Source: Patescibacteria group bacterium
GTDB lineage: Bacteria > Patescibacteriota > Minisyncoccia > UBA9983
DNA: 64,000 nucleotides
Assembly (NCBI GenBank): GCA_040752125.1
Contig: JBFMFK010000006.1
Coordinates: forward strand, 1,152 to 65,151
Direction of reading: 5' to 3'
The notes beneath the pieces were generated by a model. It was not told where the DNA came from. It ran no database searches and saw only the letters and a list, made by a program, of their open reading frames with translations. Positions 9,171 to 18,877 of this stretch are shown piece after piece (the first letter of the stretch is position 1; every line of letters begins with the position of its first letter). Made by a program: the position numbers and the translations under genes.

Positions 9171-9719
9171 TTACTCATTAATTTTGATACTTATATTAAA
9201 CTCTACATTTTCTGATCTCAAAAAATTGCTGATTGGCGACACAACGTCCTTAATTTCAGGTATCTTTCTTAAGTTGTCGGAGAAATCCGATAAAGATCTT
9301 CGTGTCTTGCTTAATCCCGTAATCGTAATAGTATCGGCATCATCTTTTTCACCATTGGCCTGATACAAAAAGGAATTTATTTTTATATCGTCTGATTTAA
9401 GATAGATTATCTCTTCAATAAGTTGGGAAATATCGCTTTTTGGTTTCTGGTATTGATTCAGATTTGAAATTTTTGAGTTTACATCTGAAATGAAATTGAT
9501 TATTTCTTGATCTTCTGGTGACCTCAATTTTTTAATTGCAAAAGAAAATCTTTCTTCATATAATCTCTTTTGGCTATTTGCCGTAAAAAATATTATCACC
9601 GCAATCAGCAATAAGAAGATTATGATTAGAAACAAGCCGGCGCCTGCAACAATAATGAACCTTCTTAGATATTCTTTCTTTAAAGCTTTTTTATTTTCTA
9701 ATGGGAGTAAGTTGATCAT
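9171..9719 (-). CDS. pilN: PilN-like type IV pilus assembly protein
   Basis: N-terminal MINLLP motif followed by a TM helix, typical of PilN. Confidence 0.6.
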   Translation of the reverse strand: MINLLPLENKKALKKEYLRRFIIVAGAGLFLIIIFLLLIAVIIFFTANSQKRLYEERFSFAIKKLRSPEDQEIINFISDVNSKISNLNQYQKPKSDISQLIEEIIYLKSDDIKINSFLYQANGEKDDADTITITGLSKTRRSLSDFSDNLRKIPEIKDVVSPISNFLRSENVEFNISIKINE

Positions 9720-9729
9720 TTTATTTAAT

Positions 9730-10803
9730 TTACAAAGATTTTAGAACTAAGCCCAGCGCAGTGGCATAGATTAAAGATTCTTTATATTCTATTTCAGGAA
9801 TTTTTTCTTCAAAAGAAACTATATTGACCCAGGGGTTGGCTCGTTCAACGGGCAGTTTCAACTCATAAGATAAATATTCCGGCAATCCTAATAGATTGGC
9901 GCCGCCTCCACAGATGATAATTTTCTTCAGAACATCGCTCTCTTCATCGCCACTCATTCTTGAATCCCAATAGAGTATGTGTTTTTTTATTTCATCTTTC
10001 ACTGCAGCGATTATGGGCAGAAGAGAATCAAAAATTTTTTCATTTCCTTTCTTTTTAATCAGCCCTTTAGTTCTTTTTATTTCCTCTGCTTCAGAAAAAT
10101 CTAGAGATAAATCTTTGGAAAGAGTAAGTGTCAAATCATCTCCTCCTATGTGTATTGTTGAAGTAAAATGAATCTTATTATTCTCAATAATGGCAGAGGT
10201 TACCCTTGCCGCTCCAAAATCAATCAAAAGAACAGACTCTTTATTTCCTTGAGGAATAACTGCTCTGGCAAGCGCCTGAGACTCAATTTCAAAAGTTAAA
10301 GGCAGCATTCCGGCAGCAACAAAAACGTCTCTATAGTTTTCTATAAGATTTTTTGGCATTGCCGAAAGATTAACAAGAAGACTATTATTATTTCTCATAC
10401 CTATAATTTCAAAGTCAAAAATGGCATTTTCAACCGAAAGAGGAATGTGTTCTTCGAGTTGTAACTCTAGAGCATCTCTTATCTCCTCCTCTTTTAGAAA
10501 TGGAAGAACTATCCTGCTCAAGAAAGCTTTTTCTTCAGGAAGTGCAACATTTATGAAATTTATTTTAAGTTCTTTTTTAAGAGATTTTAGGAATTTTATA
10601 AAATTTTCTTTCTGGTGAATTTCTCCGGATTCAATAAAACCCTTGGGTATAATCCTAGAGCCAAAACCAGAAACTGTAAGATTCCCTCTTTTTTGTGAAA
10701 ACTGCACAAATTTTAACGATCTGTCAGAGAGATCGATTCCAATGGCCGGCATACTTAAATAATCAGGGATAGGAATAGCATTAAGAACCCATTTAAGAAA
10801 CAT
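9730..10803 (-). CDS. pilM: type IV pilus assembly ATPase-like protein PilM (actin-like fold)
   Basis: 357 aa. GIDLSDRSLKFV N-terminal actin-like start, GGG...G motifs. Precedes pilN. Confidence 0.75.
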   Translation of the reverse strand: MFLKWVLNAIPIPDYLSMPAIGIDLSDRSLKFVQFSQKRGNLTVSGFGSRIIPKGFIESGEIHQKENFIKFLKSLKKELKINFINVALPEEKAFLSRIVLPFLKEEEIRDALELQLEEHIPLSVENAIFDFEIIGMRNNNSLLVNLSAMPKNLIENYRDVFVAAGMLPLTFEIESQALARAVIPQGNKESVLLIDFGAARVTSAIIENNKIHFTSTIHIGGDDLTLTLSKDLSLDFSEAEEIKRTKGLIKKKGNEKIFDSLLPIIAAVKDEIKKHILYWDSRMSGDEESDVLKKIIICGGGANLLGLPEYLSYELKLPVERANPWVNIVSFEEKIPEIEYKESLIYATALGLVLKSL

Positions 10804-10848
10804 AATATCTCTATTTTATAACATTAAACCCTAAAAGAAAAACCAATT

Positions 10849-11883
10849 TCAGAAAACACTCCTCAAATGACCTGCTGCTTCCTCTGGAGGAACCACCACA
10901 ACTTCAACTCCGGTTCCCAATTCAACTCCAGCCCATTTATAGGTTCTGGGCAGAATCTCTATATGCCAATGATAATAAGGAATATCTTTTACTTTGGCAG
11001 ATGCAGTATGTATAAAAAAATTATAATCAGGATTTTTCAATGCCTTAGAAATTCGATGAAGGGCATCTTTCAGGCTATGGGCGAGATAAACTAATTCTTT
11101 ATCCGAGATCTCTTCAAAATCAGAGCTATGCTCTATGGGAAAAATTCTTGTCTCATAAGATACTCTTGAGGTATAGGGGCAGATTGTTATAAAATAAGGA
11201 TTTTTTGCAACAATTCTTTTTCCTTCCTTTCTTTCATAATCAATCATAGTGCAATGAACGCATTTTTTATTTTTTTTATAAAAATTTATTCCACCATTGA
11301 TGCTCCTAGAAACATCGGGGGGTATAATCGGCATAGCCACAAGTTGAGAGTGAGGATGTTCAATTGTTGCCCCTGCTGATTCTCCTTGATTATGAAATAT
11401 CAAGACATACTCTACACATTTATTCTTTTCCAGCATTTTGTACCTTTGACGGTATGCCTTAAGAATTAAAATTATTTCTTCAAGCGACATCCTCTCTATC
11501 GGCTTATTGTGATCACGCATAATGATTACTTCGTGAAAACCAACTGCCTCTATTTTTTCATAGGGCCCGTAATGAGAAATGGTCGGGCAGATATCGCTTT
11601 TCAAAAGCATCGGATATTTGTTGGGAATGACCTGTATAAACCAGTCATTAAAAGATTTTGCTTCTTTTTTGGCAAACCAAATTATCGGTTTAGGATTGCC
11701 GCTTTTTTGCGGGTCTTCAAAGGGACAATTTTTCTTTGTGTCTTTTTTGGGGACTTTTTTCTTTTTGCTGAGAAAATTGGGTTTTTTGCCTCTTCCTCTT
11801 ATAGAAGAAACCAAAATCCATTCTCTACTGACTAGGTCTTTTCTTATCTCTTCAATAAAATTTTTATTCTTTTTATTCATCAT
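10849..11883 (-). CDS. galactose-1-phosphate uridylyltransferase-like (HIT superfamily branch III)
   Basis: HPHSQ histidine-triad-like motif, N-terminal CPF...Zn site, two-half architecture. Confidence 0.65.
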   Translation of the reverse strand: MMNKKNKNFIEEIRKDLVSREWILVSSIRGRGKKPNFLSKKKKVPKKDTKKNCPFEDPQKSGNPKPIIWFAKKEAKSFNDWFIQVIPNKYPMLLKSDICPTISHYGPYEKIEAVGFHEVIIMRDHNKPIERMSLEEIILILKAYRQRYKMLEKNKCVEYVLIFHNQGESAGATIEHPHSQLVAMPIIPPDVSRSINGGINFYKKNKKCVHCTMIDYERKEGKRIVAKNPYFITICPYTSRVSYETRIFPIEHSSDFEEISDKELVYLAHSLKDALHRISKALKNPDYNFFIHTASAKVKDIPYYHWHIEILPRTYKWAGVELGTGVEVVVVPPEEAAGHLRSVF

Positions 11884-12616
11884 ATTTTCCTTTCATTAAA
11901 TTCAAGCGAATTCTTAAAACATCCAGCAAGACTTTAAAATATGAAAATAATTTGACATGACTATGAGGATCATTAATCCAGTGAATTGGAATAATGCCGA
12001 TTTTGTATCCAGATTTCCTTGCGAGGGCAAGTATTTCCACATCAAAGGCCCAGCGATTAATTTTTGTTAATTTAAAAATTTTTTCCGCAACATAATCTCT
12101 AAATGCCTTAAAACCGTTTTGTGTGTCCCAAATTCCCGGCACCGCCATAATCTGAATATATAAATTACCCATATTGCCCATTAATCTTTTGTACCAGGGT
12201 TGTGGAACTTCTTGGCTAGCTCCTTTTGCATCTTTTGGATCGCGAGTGCTGATGACTAAATCATAACTCTTGTCAAAAAATGGCCGCATCTGTTCAAAAT
12301 AAGAAATGTCAGTTGAATTATCAGCATCAGTAAAAAGACGAATTTTTCCTTTGGCTGCCAACATCCCCTCTTTTACTGTGTAGCCTTTTCCTTTATTCTG
12401 CTTGCGGTCTATTAAACGTAAATTGGGAATCTGTAACTGGAGATCGCGAACAATATCAGCAGTATTATCTTTTGATCCGTCACAGACAACTAAAATCTCA
12501 TAAGAATAAGGTTGTGTTTGAAGATAGAAGGAAATCCGTCTAAGGGTTTTGAAAATCCTTTCTGCCTCATTATAAGCTGGAATGATAATTGATAAATATA
12601 ATTCTGAATTTTTCAC
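11873..12616 (-). CDS. family 2 glycosyltransferase (dolichol-phosphate-sugar transferase-like)
   Basis: LSIIIPAYNEAERI...VVCDGSKDNT are GT2 signatures. Confidence 0.8.
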   Translation of the reverse strand: MKNSELYLSIIIPAYNEAERIFKTLRRISFYLQTQPYSYEILVVCDGSKDNTADIVRDLQLQIPNLRLIDRKQNKGKGYTVKEGMLAAKGKIRLFTDADNSTDISYFEQMRPFFDKSYDLVISTRDPKDAKGASQEVPQPWYKRLMGNMGNLYIQIMAVPGIWDTQNGFKAFRDYVAEKIFKLTKINRWAFDVEILALARKSGYKIGIIPIHWINDPHSHVKLFSYFKVLLDVLRIRLNLMKGKYDE

Positions 12617-12620
12617 ATTT

Positions 12621-13010
12621 TTATTTTAGCATTTTCTTCTTTTCAATAAAACTCCTTAGAATAAGTGCAGCAGCTGAAGCGTCAATTTTTTTACTTCTTT
12701 TCTGAAAGTGTCTGGCTTCTTGAGTAGTTAATATTTCAGTTTGATATTCAATTGGCAAATTCGTTTCTTTTTTCAGTAAGATTTTAAATTTTTCAATCTT
12801 TTCCATAATAGGATTAGGTCGACCATTATAATCAATTGATTCTCCAAGAATGATTTTTCTTACATTATTTTCTTTGCAAATTTTTTTAATTTTCCTAATC
12901 ACATTTTTATTGTTTTCAAGCACATTATGCGCAAATGCAAAACTAGCGTTTTCATCAGAAAGCGCGATGCCAATTCTCTTTTCCCCATAATCAATCCCCA
13001 TTAATCGCAT
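12621..13010 (-). CDS. ruvX: Holliday-junction resolvase-like RuvX/YqgF
   Basis: MRLMGIDYGEKRIGIALSD N-terminus. Confidence 0.85.
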   Translation of the reverse strand: MRLMGIDYGEKRIGIALSDENASFAFAHNVLENNKNVIRKIKKICKENNVRKIILGESIDYNGRPNPIMEKIEKFKILLKKETNLPIEYQTEILTTQEARHFQKRSKKIDASAAALILRSFIEKKKMLK

Positions 13011-13020
13011 AATAAACTTT

Positions 13021-13704
13021 GTCCTAAACTAAGTTTGGGTCAAAATCTTGATAGTGTTCTTCTGTAAAATTTTTATATTCTTCAGAATTTTTAAATTGAC
13101 CTGCAATAATATCTTTTTTGAGTAAATGTTGCCAGCGATTCTGCGAAACAAAATCTTGATAACTTGACCATGGATAAAAATGCTCTTTATTTTTCCAAGA
13201 TTCTAAGTCCTTAGAATTTTTATGAATATAACACGAAAGAATCAATAAATAGTCGTTATTATCAATGTGTTTTGAATGAAAATTACTTTCAAAAAGATGG
13301 CCGCGTCTTTCATATTTTATATTGTAGTATTTAGAATGACTGACTAAAATTTTATGAAGATATTTTGAAATATTACCCCCTTCTCTTTCTCTAAGTAATA
13401 AATGAAAATGTGTAGGCATTAAACAAAAACATATAATATCTGTTAATGATTCTCCCAATTTTATTTCCCCGCTTAATATGTCCCAAACTAAGTTTAGGGC
13501 AATGGCACGGTCAAGGCGTGGAGTTGGATTAATTGTATTTGAAGAAAAAAGTAAAGATAGAAAACGATTGTAATCTCTGTCCTCGCGAAAGATTTCTAAA
13601 TTTCCTATGCCGTGAACATATATATGATAAAATTCTCCTTTAGCAAATGTATGTGGTCTCATTAATTATATTATTTATATTATTGACCCAAACTTAGTTT
13701 GGGT
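13021..13704 (-). mobile_element. IS200/IS605-like (RAYT-like) element: Y1 transposase gene between inverted hairpin repeats
   Basis: gtcctaaacTAAgtttgggtc at 13021-13041 and gacccaaacTTAgtttgggtc at 13684-13704 are reverse complements of one another (imperfect on the left) and bracket the transposase gene. Confidence 0.6.
13024..13662 (-). CDS. Y1 (HUH) transposase, IS200-like / REP-associated tyrosine transposase-like
   Basis: HUH motif in FCLMPTHFHLLL, Tyr-rich SHSKYYNIKY, RGHLFE. It is a paralog of 29074-29739. Confidence 0.7.
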   Translation of the reverse strand: MRPHTFAKGEFYHIYVHGIGNLEIFREDRDYNRFLSLLFSSNTINPTPRLDRAIALNLVWDILSGEIKLGESLTDIICFCLMPTHFHLLLREREGGNISKYLHKILVSHSKYYNIKYERRGHLFESNFHSKHIDNNDYLLILSCYIHKNSKDLESWKNKEHFYPWSSYQDFVSQNRWQHLLKKDIIAGQFKNSEEYKNFTEEHYQDFDPNLV

Positions 13705-14478
13705 CAAGCAAGTTAATATCTCTGCTCCGAATTTTGTGACAACAACAGTGTGCTCAAAATGCGCTGCCAAAAAGCCATCTTTTGTTTTCCAAGTCCAGCC
13801 GTCTTTATCAAGAAAAACATCGGCATTCTCTTCTGTCACCATTGGCTCAATCGCTAAGGTCATACCATTTTTTAATTGGATGCCCTTTCCTTTTTTCCCG
13901 AAATTGGGAATGTCAGGCTCCTCATGAACACTATACCCTATGCCATGGCCAACCAATTTTTTTACCACATTAAAACCTCTTGCCTCAACATACGACTGGA
14001 TGGCGAATCCAATATCTCCTAAAAATGAACCATCCTTTATTGTCTTTATGCCTGCCATCAATGCCCTTTGTGTTATTTCAATCATATCCACAGTTTTTTT
14101 GTTAAGTCGCTCAATAGCATCAACAGCAAAAGTGATTGCCATATCTGTATGTAAATTCTTATATCTTATACCCAAATCAATACTTACGACATCTCCTGAT
14201 TTTAAAATTCTTTCCTTGCTAGGAATACCGTGCACTACCTCATCGTTTATGGAAACGCATAAAACTGCAGGAAATGGTCTTTTACCATCCGGCCCCTTGT
14301 AATTTTTAAAGGAGGGATTGCACCCGGATTTTTTGACAAGTTCTTCCGCCTTATCATTCAATTCAATCGTAGCCATTCCAGCCTTGGTATATGCAGAAAC
14401 CTGATAAAGAATATCAGCGAGCAGCCTTCCAGACTCTTTCATAATTTCTATTTCTTTAGGTGTCTTGATATAAATCAC
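13675..14478 (-). CDS. map: methionine aminopeptidase type I
   Basis: Pita-bread fold motifs (HGIG, metal ligands). Position after adk. Confidence 0.9.
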   Translation of the reverse strand: MIYIKTPKEIEIMKESGRLLADILYQVSAYTKAGMATIELNDKAEELVKKSGCNPSFKNYKGPDGKRPFPAVLCVSINDEVVHGIPSKERILKSGDVVSIDLGIRYKNLHTDMAITFAVDAIERLNKKTVDMIEITQRALMAGIKTIKDGSFLGDIGFAIQSYVEARGFNVVKKLVGHGIGYSVHEEPDIPNFGKKGKGIQLKNGMTLAIEPMVTEENADVFLDKDGWTWKTKDGFLAAHFEHTVVVTKFGAEILTCLTQTKFGSII

Positions 14479-15158
14479 AAATTTAATAATTTCAAAATAT
14501 CCCCATGAACATTTTCAATACTTTGTTCACCGTTAATCTTTATTATTTTCTGCTTTGTGGCTAAAAAATTTAAGGCCGGCACAGTCTGATTTTTATATTC
14601 TTTCATGCGCACATCAAAAATCTCTTTTTTATCTATATCTCTTTCCTGAAGCACGCCATGGCATTCCGGACATTTTACACACGGTTTTAATTCATCAGAT
14701 TCTATAAAAACATGTTCACCAGACTGGTTGCAAATTAATCTTTTTTCTATTCTTTTTTTTAATTCTTCATCTCTAACATCAATTTCTATAATCTTTAAAT
14801 TTTCTTTTCCAAGAGAATCAATTAAAAAATCATAAAGCATTTCTGCCTCGTAAAGTGTGCGTGGTGAACCGTCGTAAATAATACCGTTGAACTCATTCTG
14901 ATGATTGAATATCTCTTCTGTTTTTTCTTTTACGCGCTCGAACATCCATTCTTTATCAAAAAGCAAACCTTTTTCATATCTTTCTTTCTGTCTCATAGCA
15001 GGGGGATCATTATGAGAAAAAATATAATCTCTCCCTACTCGGCTGGAGATAAAATGAAAAAAACGAAATTTCTCTGCCAAAAGTTTTATCTGCGTCCCCT
15101 TACCTGAACCCGGAGGGCCGATAACAATGACTGCAAGAAAATTCCTGTTTTTATTCAT
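14475..15158 (-). CDS. adk: adenylate kinase (with Cys-rich lid)
   Basis: P-loop GPPGSGKGTQ, lid CVKCPECHG. Confidence 0.85.
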   Translation of the reverse strand: MNKNRNFLAVIVIGPPGSGKGTQIKLLAEKFRFFHFISSRVGRDYIFSHNDPPAMRQKERYEKGLLFDKEWMFERVKEKTEEIFNHQNEFNGIIYDGSPRTLYEAEMLYDFLIDSLGKENLKIIEIDVRDEELKKRIEKRLICNQSGEHVFIESDELKPCVKCPECHGVLQERDIDKKEIFDVRMKEYKNQTVPALNFLATKQKIIKINGEQSIENVHGDILKLLNL

Positions 15159-16440
15159 ATTCTCGCATAACGATTTGAGATTCTGTTTGTTTTATGGTTT
15201 CCAAGATAACAGAAACAACAATAAGAAGTGCGGTGCCGCCAATGGCCAAGGCAGGATTATTTGTAAAGGCTCGCATCACTAGAGGCAAAACTGCAATCAA
15301 TCCTAAAAACACCGCGCCCACAAGTGTGATGCGGTGAAGAATTTTTGCAATGAATTCAGCGGTAGATCTTCCTGGTCTGATGCCCGGTATAAAAGCGCCG
15401 CTTTTTTGCAGATTAGTGGAAATAGCCTCAGGATCAAAGGTGACTGCTGTATAAAAATAAGTGAAGAGAAAAACCAAGACAAAATATAAAGATCCATAAA
15501 TCCAAGCATTGTTTACAAAAATTGAAAGAAAATTGCTGAGAGAATTAAAAATCGGATGAGAAAATTTAGACAGAACATTGGCGATCATCTGAGGAAACAA
15601 TAAGATAGAGATGGCGAAAATGATCGGTATCACTCCTGCCTGGTTCACTCTCAAAGGCAGGTGAGTTGAAACTCCTCCGTACATCTTCATTCCCCTGACT
15701 TGTTTGGCATAGGAAATAGGAATGGGCCGATCTGCTTCAGTTATCAAGACTACTCCGGCAATGATAAAAACCGCAGCCACCAAAAAGCCGAAGGCCAAGG
15801 GAAGTATTGAGGGATCAAAATTTGGATAAACATATTGGAAGATAAGCTGATTTAATGTTGTTGGTATAGAAGCAACAATGCCGGCGAAAATTAAAAGTGA
15901 GATACCGTTTCCAATACCATGCTCGGATATTAATTCTCCTAGCCACATCAAAATTATTGAACCAGTTACAACAATAATAATATTTAAAAATCTGTCAAAC
16001 AGAGTAGGGCTGGTTAAAACGCCTCCTTTTTCCAAAAGTGCCAATAGACCAAAACCCTGCATAGCTGCTAAGGGAACAGTTAAGATCCTTGAGTATTGGT
16101 TAAATTTCTGTCTTCCTATTTCGCCCTCTTCATGATAAAGCTCTTTTAATCTGGGAGAGATCATTGTCATCAACTGCATAATGATAGTGGCAGTGATATA
16201 AGGAGCCACGCCAAGCATTGCTATTGAAAGATTAGATAATCCTCCTCCGGAAAAAATATTGAGCAAGCCAAAAAACTGATTGCCTGCTAAAAAAGACTGC
16301 AGTTTCAGTTGATCAATGCCCGGAATTGGTATGTTTGCGCCAATTCTAAAAAGGACAAGAATAAAAAGCACAAAAAGTATTTTTTTGCGTAAATCCTTAT
16401 CTTTAAAAATTATCCTTAATTTTCTTAAAAAATTATTCAT
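15151..16440 (-). CDS. secY: preprotein translocase SecY
   Basis: 10-TM SecY signature. Position between rplO and adk. Confidence 0.9.
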   Translation of the reverse strand: MNNFLRKLRIIFKDKDLRKKILFVLFILVLFRIGANIPIPGIDQLKLQSFLAGNQFFGLLNIFSGGGLSNLSIAMLGVAPYITATIIMQLMTMISPRLKELYHEEGEIGRQKFNQYSRILTVPLAAMQGFGLLALLEKGGVLTSPTLFDRFLNIIIVVTGSIILMWLGELISEHGIGNGISLLIFAGIVASIPTTLNQLIFQYVYPNFDPSILPLAFGFLVAAVFIIAGVVLITEADRPIPISYAKQVRGMKMYGGVSTHLPLRVNQAGVIPIIFAISILLFPQMIANVLSKFSHPIFNSLSNFLSIFVNNAWIYGSLYFVLVFLFTYFYTAVTFDPEAISTNLQKSGAFIPGIRPGRSTAEFIAKILHRITLVGAVFLGLIAVLPLVMRAFTNNPALAIGGTALLIVVSVILETIKQTESQIVMREYE

Positions 16441-16864
16441 ATTTTCCTCCGACTTTTTCTATTTTTGTTTTTGCTGCGCCTGAGATTATACAATCCGAGA
16501 TAAATAGTTTTTTTGTCAGCTTACCATCGCCTAATATTTTCACCCTGGGAAATTTACCTTTATGTTTTCTGATTAATTTTTTCTCAAAAAGAATCTTGGG
16601 ATTAATTTTATCATTATCAGAAAAGTTCTTTTCTAAAAGACCAAGATTAACAACCAGAGGTTTGGGAATTATCGTCTTAAATCGATAACCTCTCTTTTTA
16701 GGGAGTTTTTTGATCACATCTCTTAATTGAGGTCTTATTCTTCTGCCAGCCCTTGCCTTTTGCCCCTTCATACCCCTGCCAGAGTAAGTTCCCCCTTTCC
16801 CTCCTCTGCCTATTCTCTTTTTCCGTCTTTTCTTTATCCTTGGTTTTAGTTGATTCAATTGCAT
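16433..16864 (-). CDS. rplO: 50S ribosomal protein L15
   Basis: Gly/Arg-rich N-terminus GRGGKGGTYSGRGMKGQK. Confidence 0.85.
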   Translation of the reverse strand: MQLNQLKPRIKKRRKKRIGRGGKGGTYSGRGMKGQKARAGRRIRPQLRDVIKKLPKKRGYRFKTIIPKPLVVNLGLLEKNFSDNDKINPKILFEKKLIRKHKGKFPRVKILGDGKLTKKLFISDCIISGAAKTKIEKVGGKYE

Positions 16865-16878
16865 ACTTTATCTTAACA

Positions 16879-17343
16879 TTATCTTAACATTTTTAACGCC
16901 TTAATTGTGGCGCGGGCATTATTTAATTTATTTTTGCTTCTACTTAATATTTTTGATACCGCATTTTTAACTCCCCCCAACTCCAGAACCGTTCTTACAG
17001 AACTTCCCGCAATCAATCCTCTGCCCTTTGGCGCTGGTTGAAGAAAAACTATCGCACTTGCATATTTTGCATTAACCTTATAGGGAACGGAGAAATCTTC
17101 TGTGATTTTCAGTTTTATGGCATTCTTCTTTGCATTTCTAAATGCCTTTTCAATCGCAATAGATGTATCAGCACCCTTGCCCAAACCAACACCAACCTCT
17201 CCATTTCTGTTTCCTGCTACCACTGCCACCCTGAAACTAAATCGCCTCCCGCCAGCCACCACTCTGGCTACTCTTCTGATGTCTATTATTTTATAATCAA
17301 ATTCAGATTTTTGATTCTTGATTTTCATAATATTAAAATTCAA
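16879..17343 (-). CDS. rpsE: 30S ribosomal protein S5
   Basis: VAGGRRFSFRVAVVAGNRNGEVGVGLGKG core. Confidence 0.9.
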   Translation of the reverse strand: MNFNIMKIKNQKSEFDYKIIDIRRVARVVAGGRRFSFRVAVVAGNRNGEVGVGLGKGADTSIAIEKAFRNAKKNAIKLKITEDFSVPYKVNAKYASAIVFLQPAPKGRGLIAGSSVRTVLELGGVKNAVSKILSRSKNKLNNARATIKALKMLR

Positions 17344-17680
17344 GTCCTTTTTCCCGAAGTCCTTCTGCTACTGCCTTGATAATGCCGTGATATTTATATC
17401 CTCCCCGGTCAAAAACTATTTTTTTTATCCTCTTGTTTCTGGCTAACTCCGCCAATAATCTTCCAGCCTTCCTTGCCTTTTCTATCCTTCCCATTTTTTC
17501 TTTTATCTTGGAATCATTGTATGAAATGATCGTTTTGCCTCTTTGATCATCTATTAATTGGAGATTGATGTATTTATTTGAACGAAAAACAGAAAGACGT
17601 GGCCTATTGGCAGTGCCAGTAATTTTTGCCCTTACTCTTTTGTGTCTTCTATTTCTTGTTTTTAATTTTGACTTTTGCAT
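17333..17680 (-). CDS. rplR: 50S ribosomal protein L18
   Basis: RLSVFRSNKYINLQLIDD... FDRGGYKYHG. Confidence 0.85.
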   Translation of the reverse strand: MQKSKLKTRNRRHKRVRAKITGTANRPRLSVFRSNKYINLQLIDDQRGKTIISYNDSKIKEKMGRIEKARKAGRLLAELARNKRIKKIVFDRGGYKYHGIIKAVAEGLREKGLEF

Positions 17681-17685
17681 TTTAT

Positions 17686-18219
17686 TTATGCTTGCTTTTT
17701 GCCTGCCTTTCGACGGATAACTTCATTTTCGTATCTGATACCTTTACCTTTGTACGGTTCAGGTTTTTTTAGCTCTCTGATCTTCGCAGCGAAATTACCG
17801 ACATTTTCTTTATCTATACCAGAGATAGTTATAATATTATTTTCAACCGCAACTTTCAAATCTTTGGGAATCTCAATTTTTACTGGATGGGAAAAACCTA
17901 AGCTTAAAAACAAGACATTATCCTGCATTTGGGCCCTGTATCCTATTCCTTCAACAATTAATTTTTTCTCATATCCTTTAGTTACACCCTCAATCATATT
18001 CCTTAAATGTGAGACGTATGTTCCTATCAACATTGGTGCTTCTTTTGTTTCTTTTTTTATTTTTAAATTAATCTCTTTGCCATCTATAGAAATCTCAATC
18101 TCATTTTTAAAACTTCTAGACAGCTCTCCTAAAGGACCCTTGACCATAAATTGATTATCTTCTTTTTTTACTTCTACATTGTCGGGAATCAATATTGGTT
18201 TTTTGCTTAATCTAGACAT
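17686..18219 (-). CDS. rplF: 50S ribosomal protein L6
   Basis: Two-domain L6. EGIGYRAQMQ. Confidence 0.9.
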   Translation of the reverse strand: MSRLSKKPILIPDNVEVKKEDNQFMVKGPLGELSRSFKNEIEISIDGKEINLKIKKETKEAPMLIGTYVSHLRNMIEGVTKGYEKKLIVEGIGYRAQMQDNVLFLSLGFSHPVKIEIPKDLKVAVENNIITISGIDKENVGNFAAKIRELKKPEPYKGKGIRYENEVIRRKAGKKQA

Positions 18220-18250
18220 TTTTATTTGTGGTTATAATGAGATTGCAAAA

Positions 18251-18640
18251 CTACCATATTTCGCAGATTAACTCTCCGCCAAGCTTATTTTTCTTTGCCT
18301 CTTTATCATCAAAAACCCCTTTGGATGTTGAAATAACCCAGATACCTTTGCCAGATTGAACATTGCGAATTTTGTTTGCGGAAATATAAATTCTTCTGGA
18401 GGGCTTGGAAATTCTTTTTAAATGACTAATCAATGGTTTCTTGTTTTTATCATAGCTAAGCGCAACATCAATTATTTTCTTATTTTTTCTGCCTTTTAGT
18501 GCTGATTTCTTAATAAATCCTCTTTTCTCTAAAATTTTTAAGATGTTTAATTTCAATTGGGAATAGGGAATGGCAACCGTTTCTTTTTTAACAGCCAGTC
18601 CATTTCTTATTATTGTCAGCATATTACCTATTGTATCCAT
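18251..18640 (-). CDS. rpsH: 30S ribosomal protein S8
   Basis: DTIGNMLTIIRNG N-terminus. Confidence 0.9.
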   Translation of the reverse strand: MDTIGNMLTIIRNGLAVKKETVAIPYSQLKLNILKILEKRGFIKKSALKGRKNKKIIDVALSYDKNKKPLISHLKRISKPSRRIYISANKIRNVQSGKGIWVISTSKGVFDDKEAKKNKLGGELICEIW

Positions 18641-18673
18641 AATAAAAATTTAAGATTTTTGACCAAGGGGCAC

Positions 18674-18859
18674 TTACCAGGAAGACTTACGGATGCCTGG
18701 AATCAATCCTTCATTGGCAAGTTCTCTAAAGCAGATTCGACATAAATTAAAATCTCTTAGATATCCTCTTTTCCGACCGCAACGAAAACAGCGCCTTACA
18801 ATTCGTGATTTGTATTTTGGCTTCTTTCTTGATCTTGCAATTGTTGATTTTTTTGCCAT
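18674..18859 (-). CDS. rpsZ: 30S ribosomal protein S14 type Z (zinc-binding)
   Basis: 61 aa. CFRCGR...CRIC zinc ribbon. Confidence 0.9.
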   Translation of the reverse strand: MAKKSTIARSRKKPKYKSRIVRRCFRCGRKRGYLRDFNLCRICFRELANEGLIPGIRKSSW

Positions 18860-18877
18860 AGGTGAAATTTATGCTAA

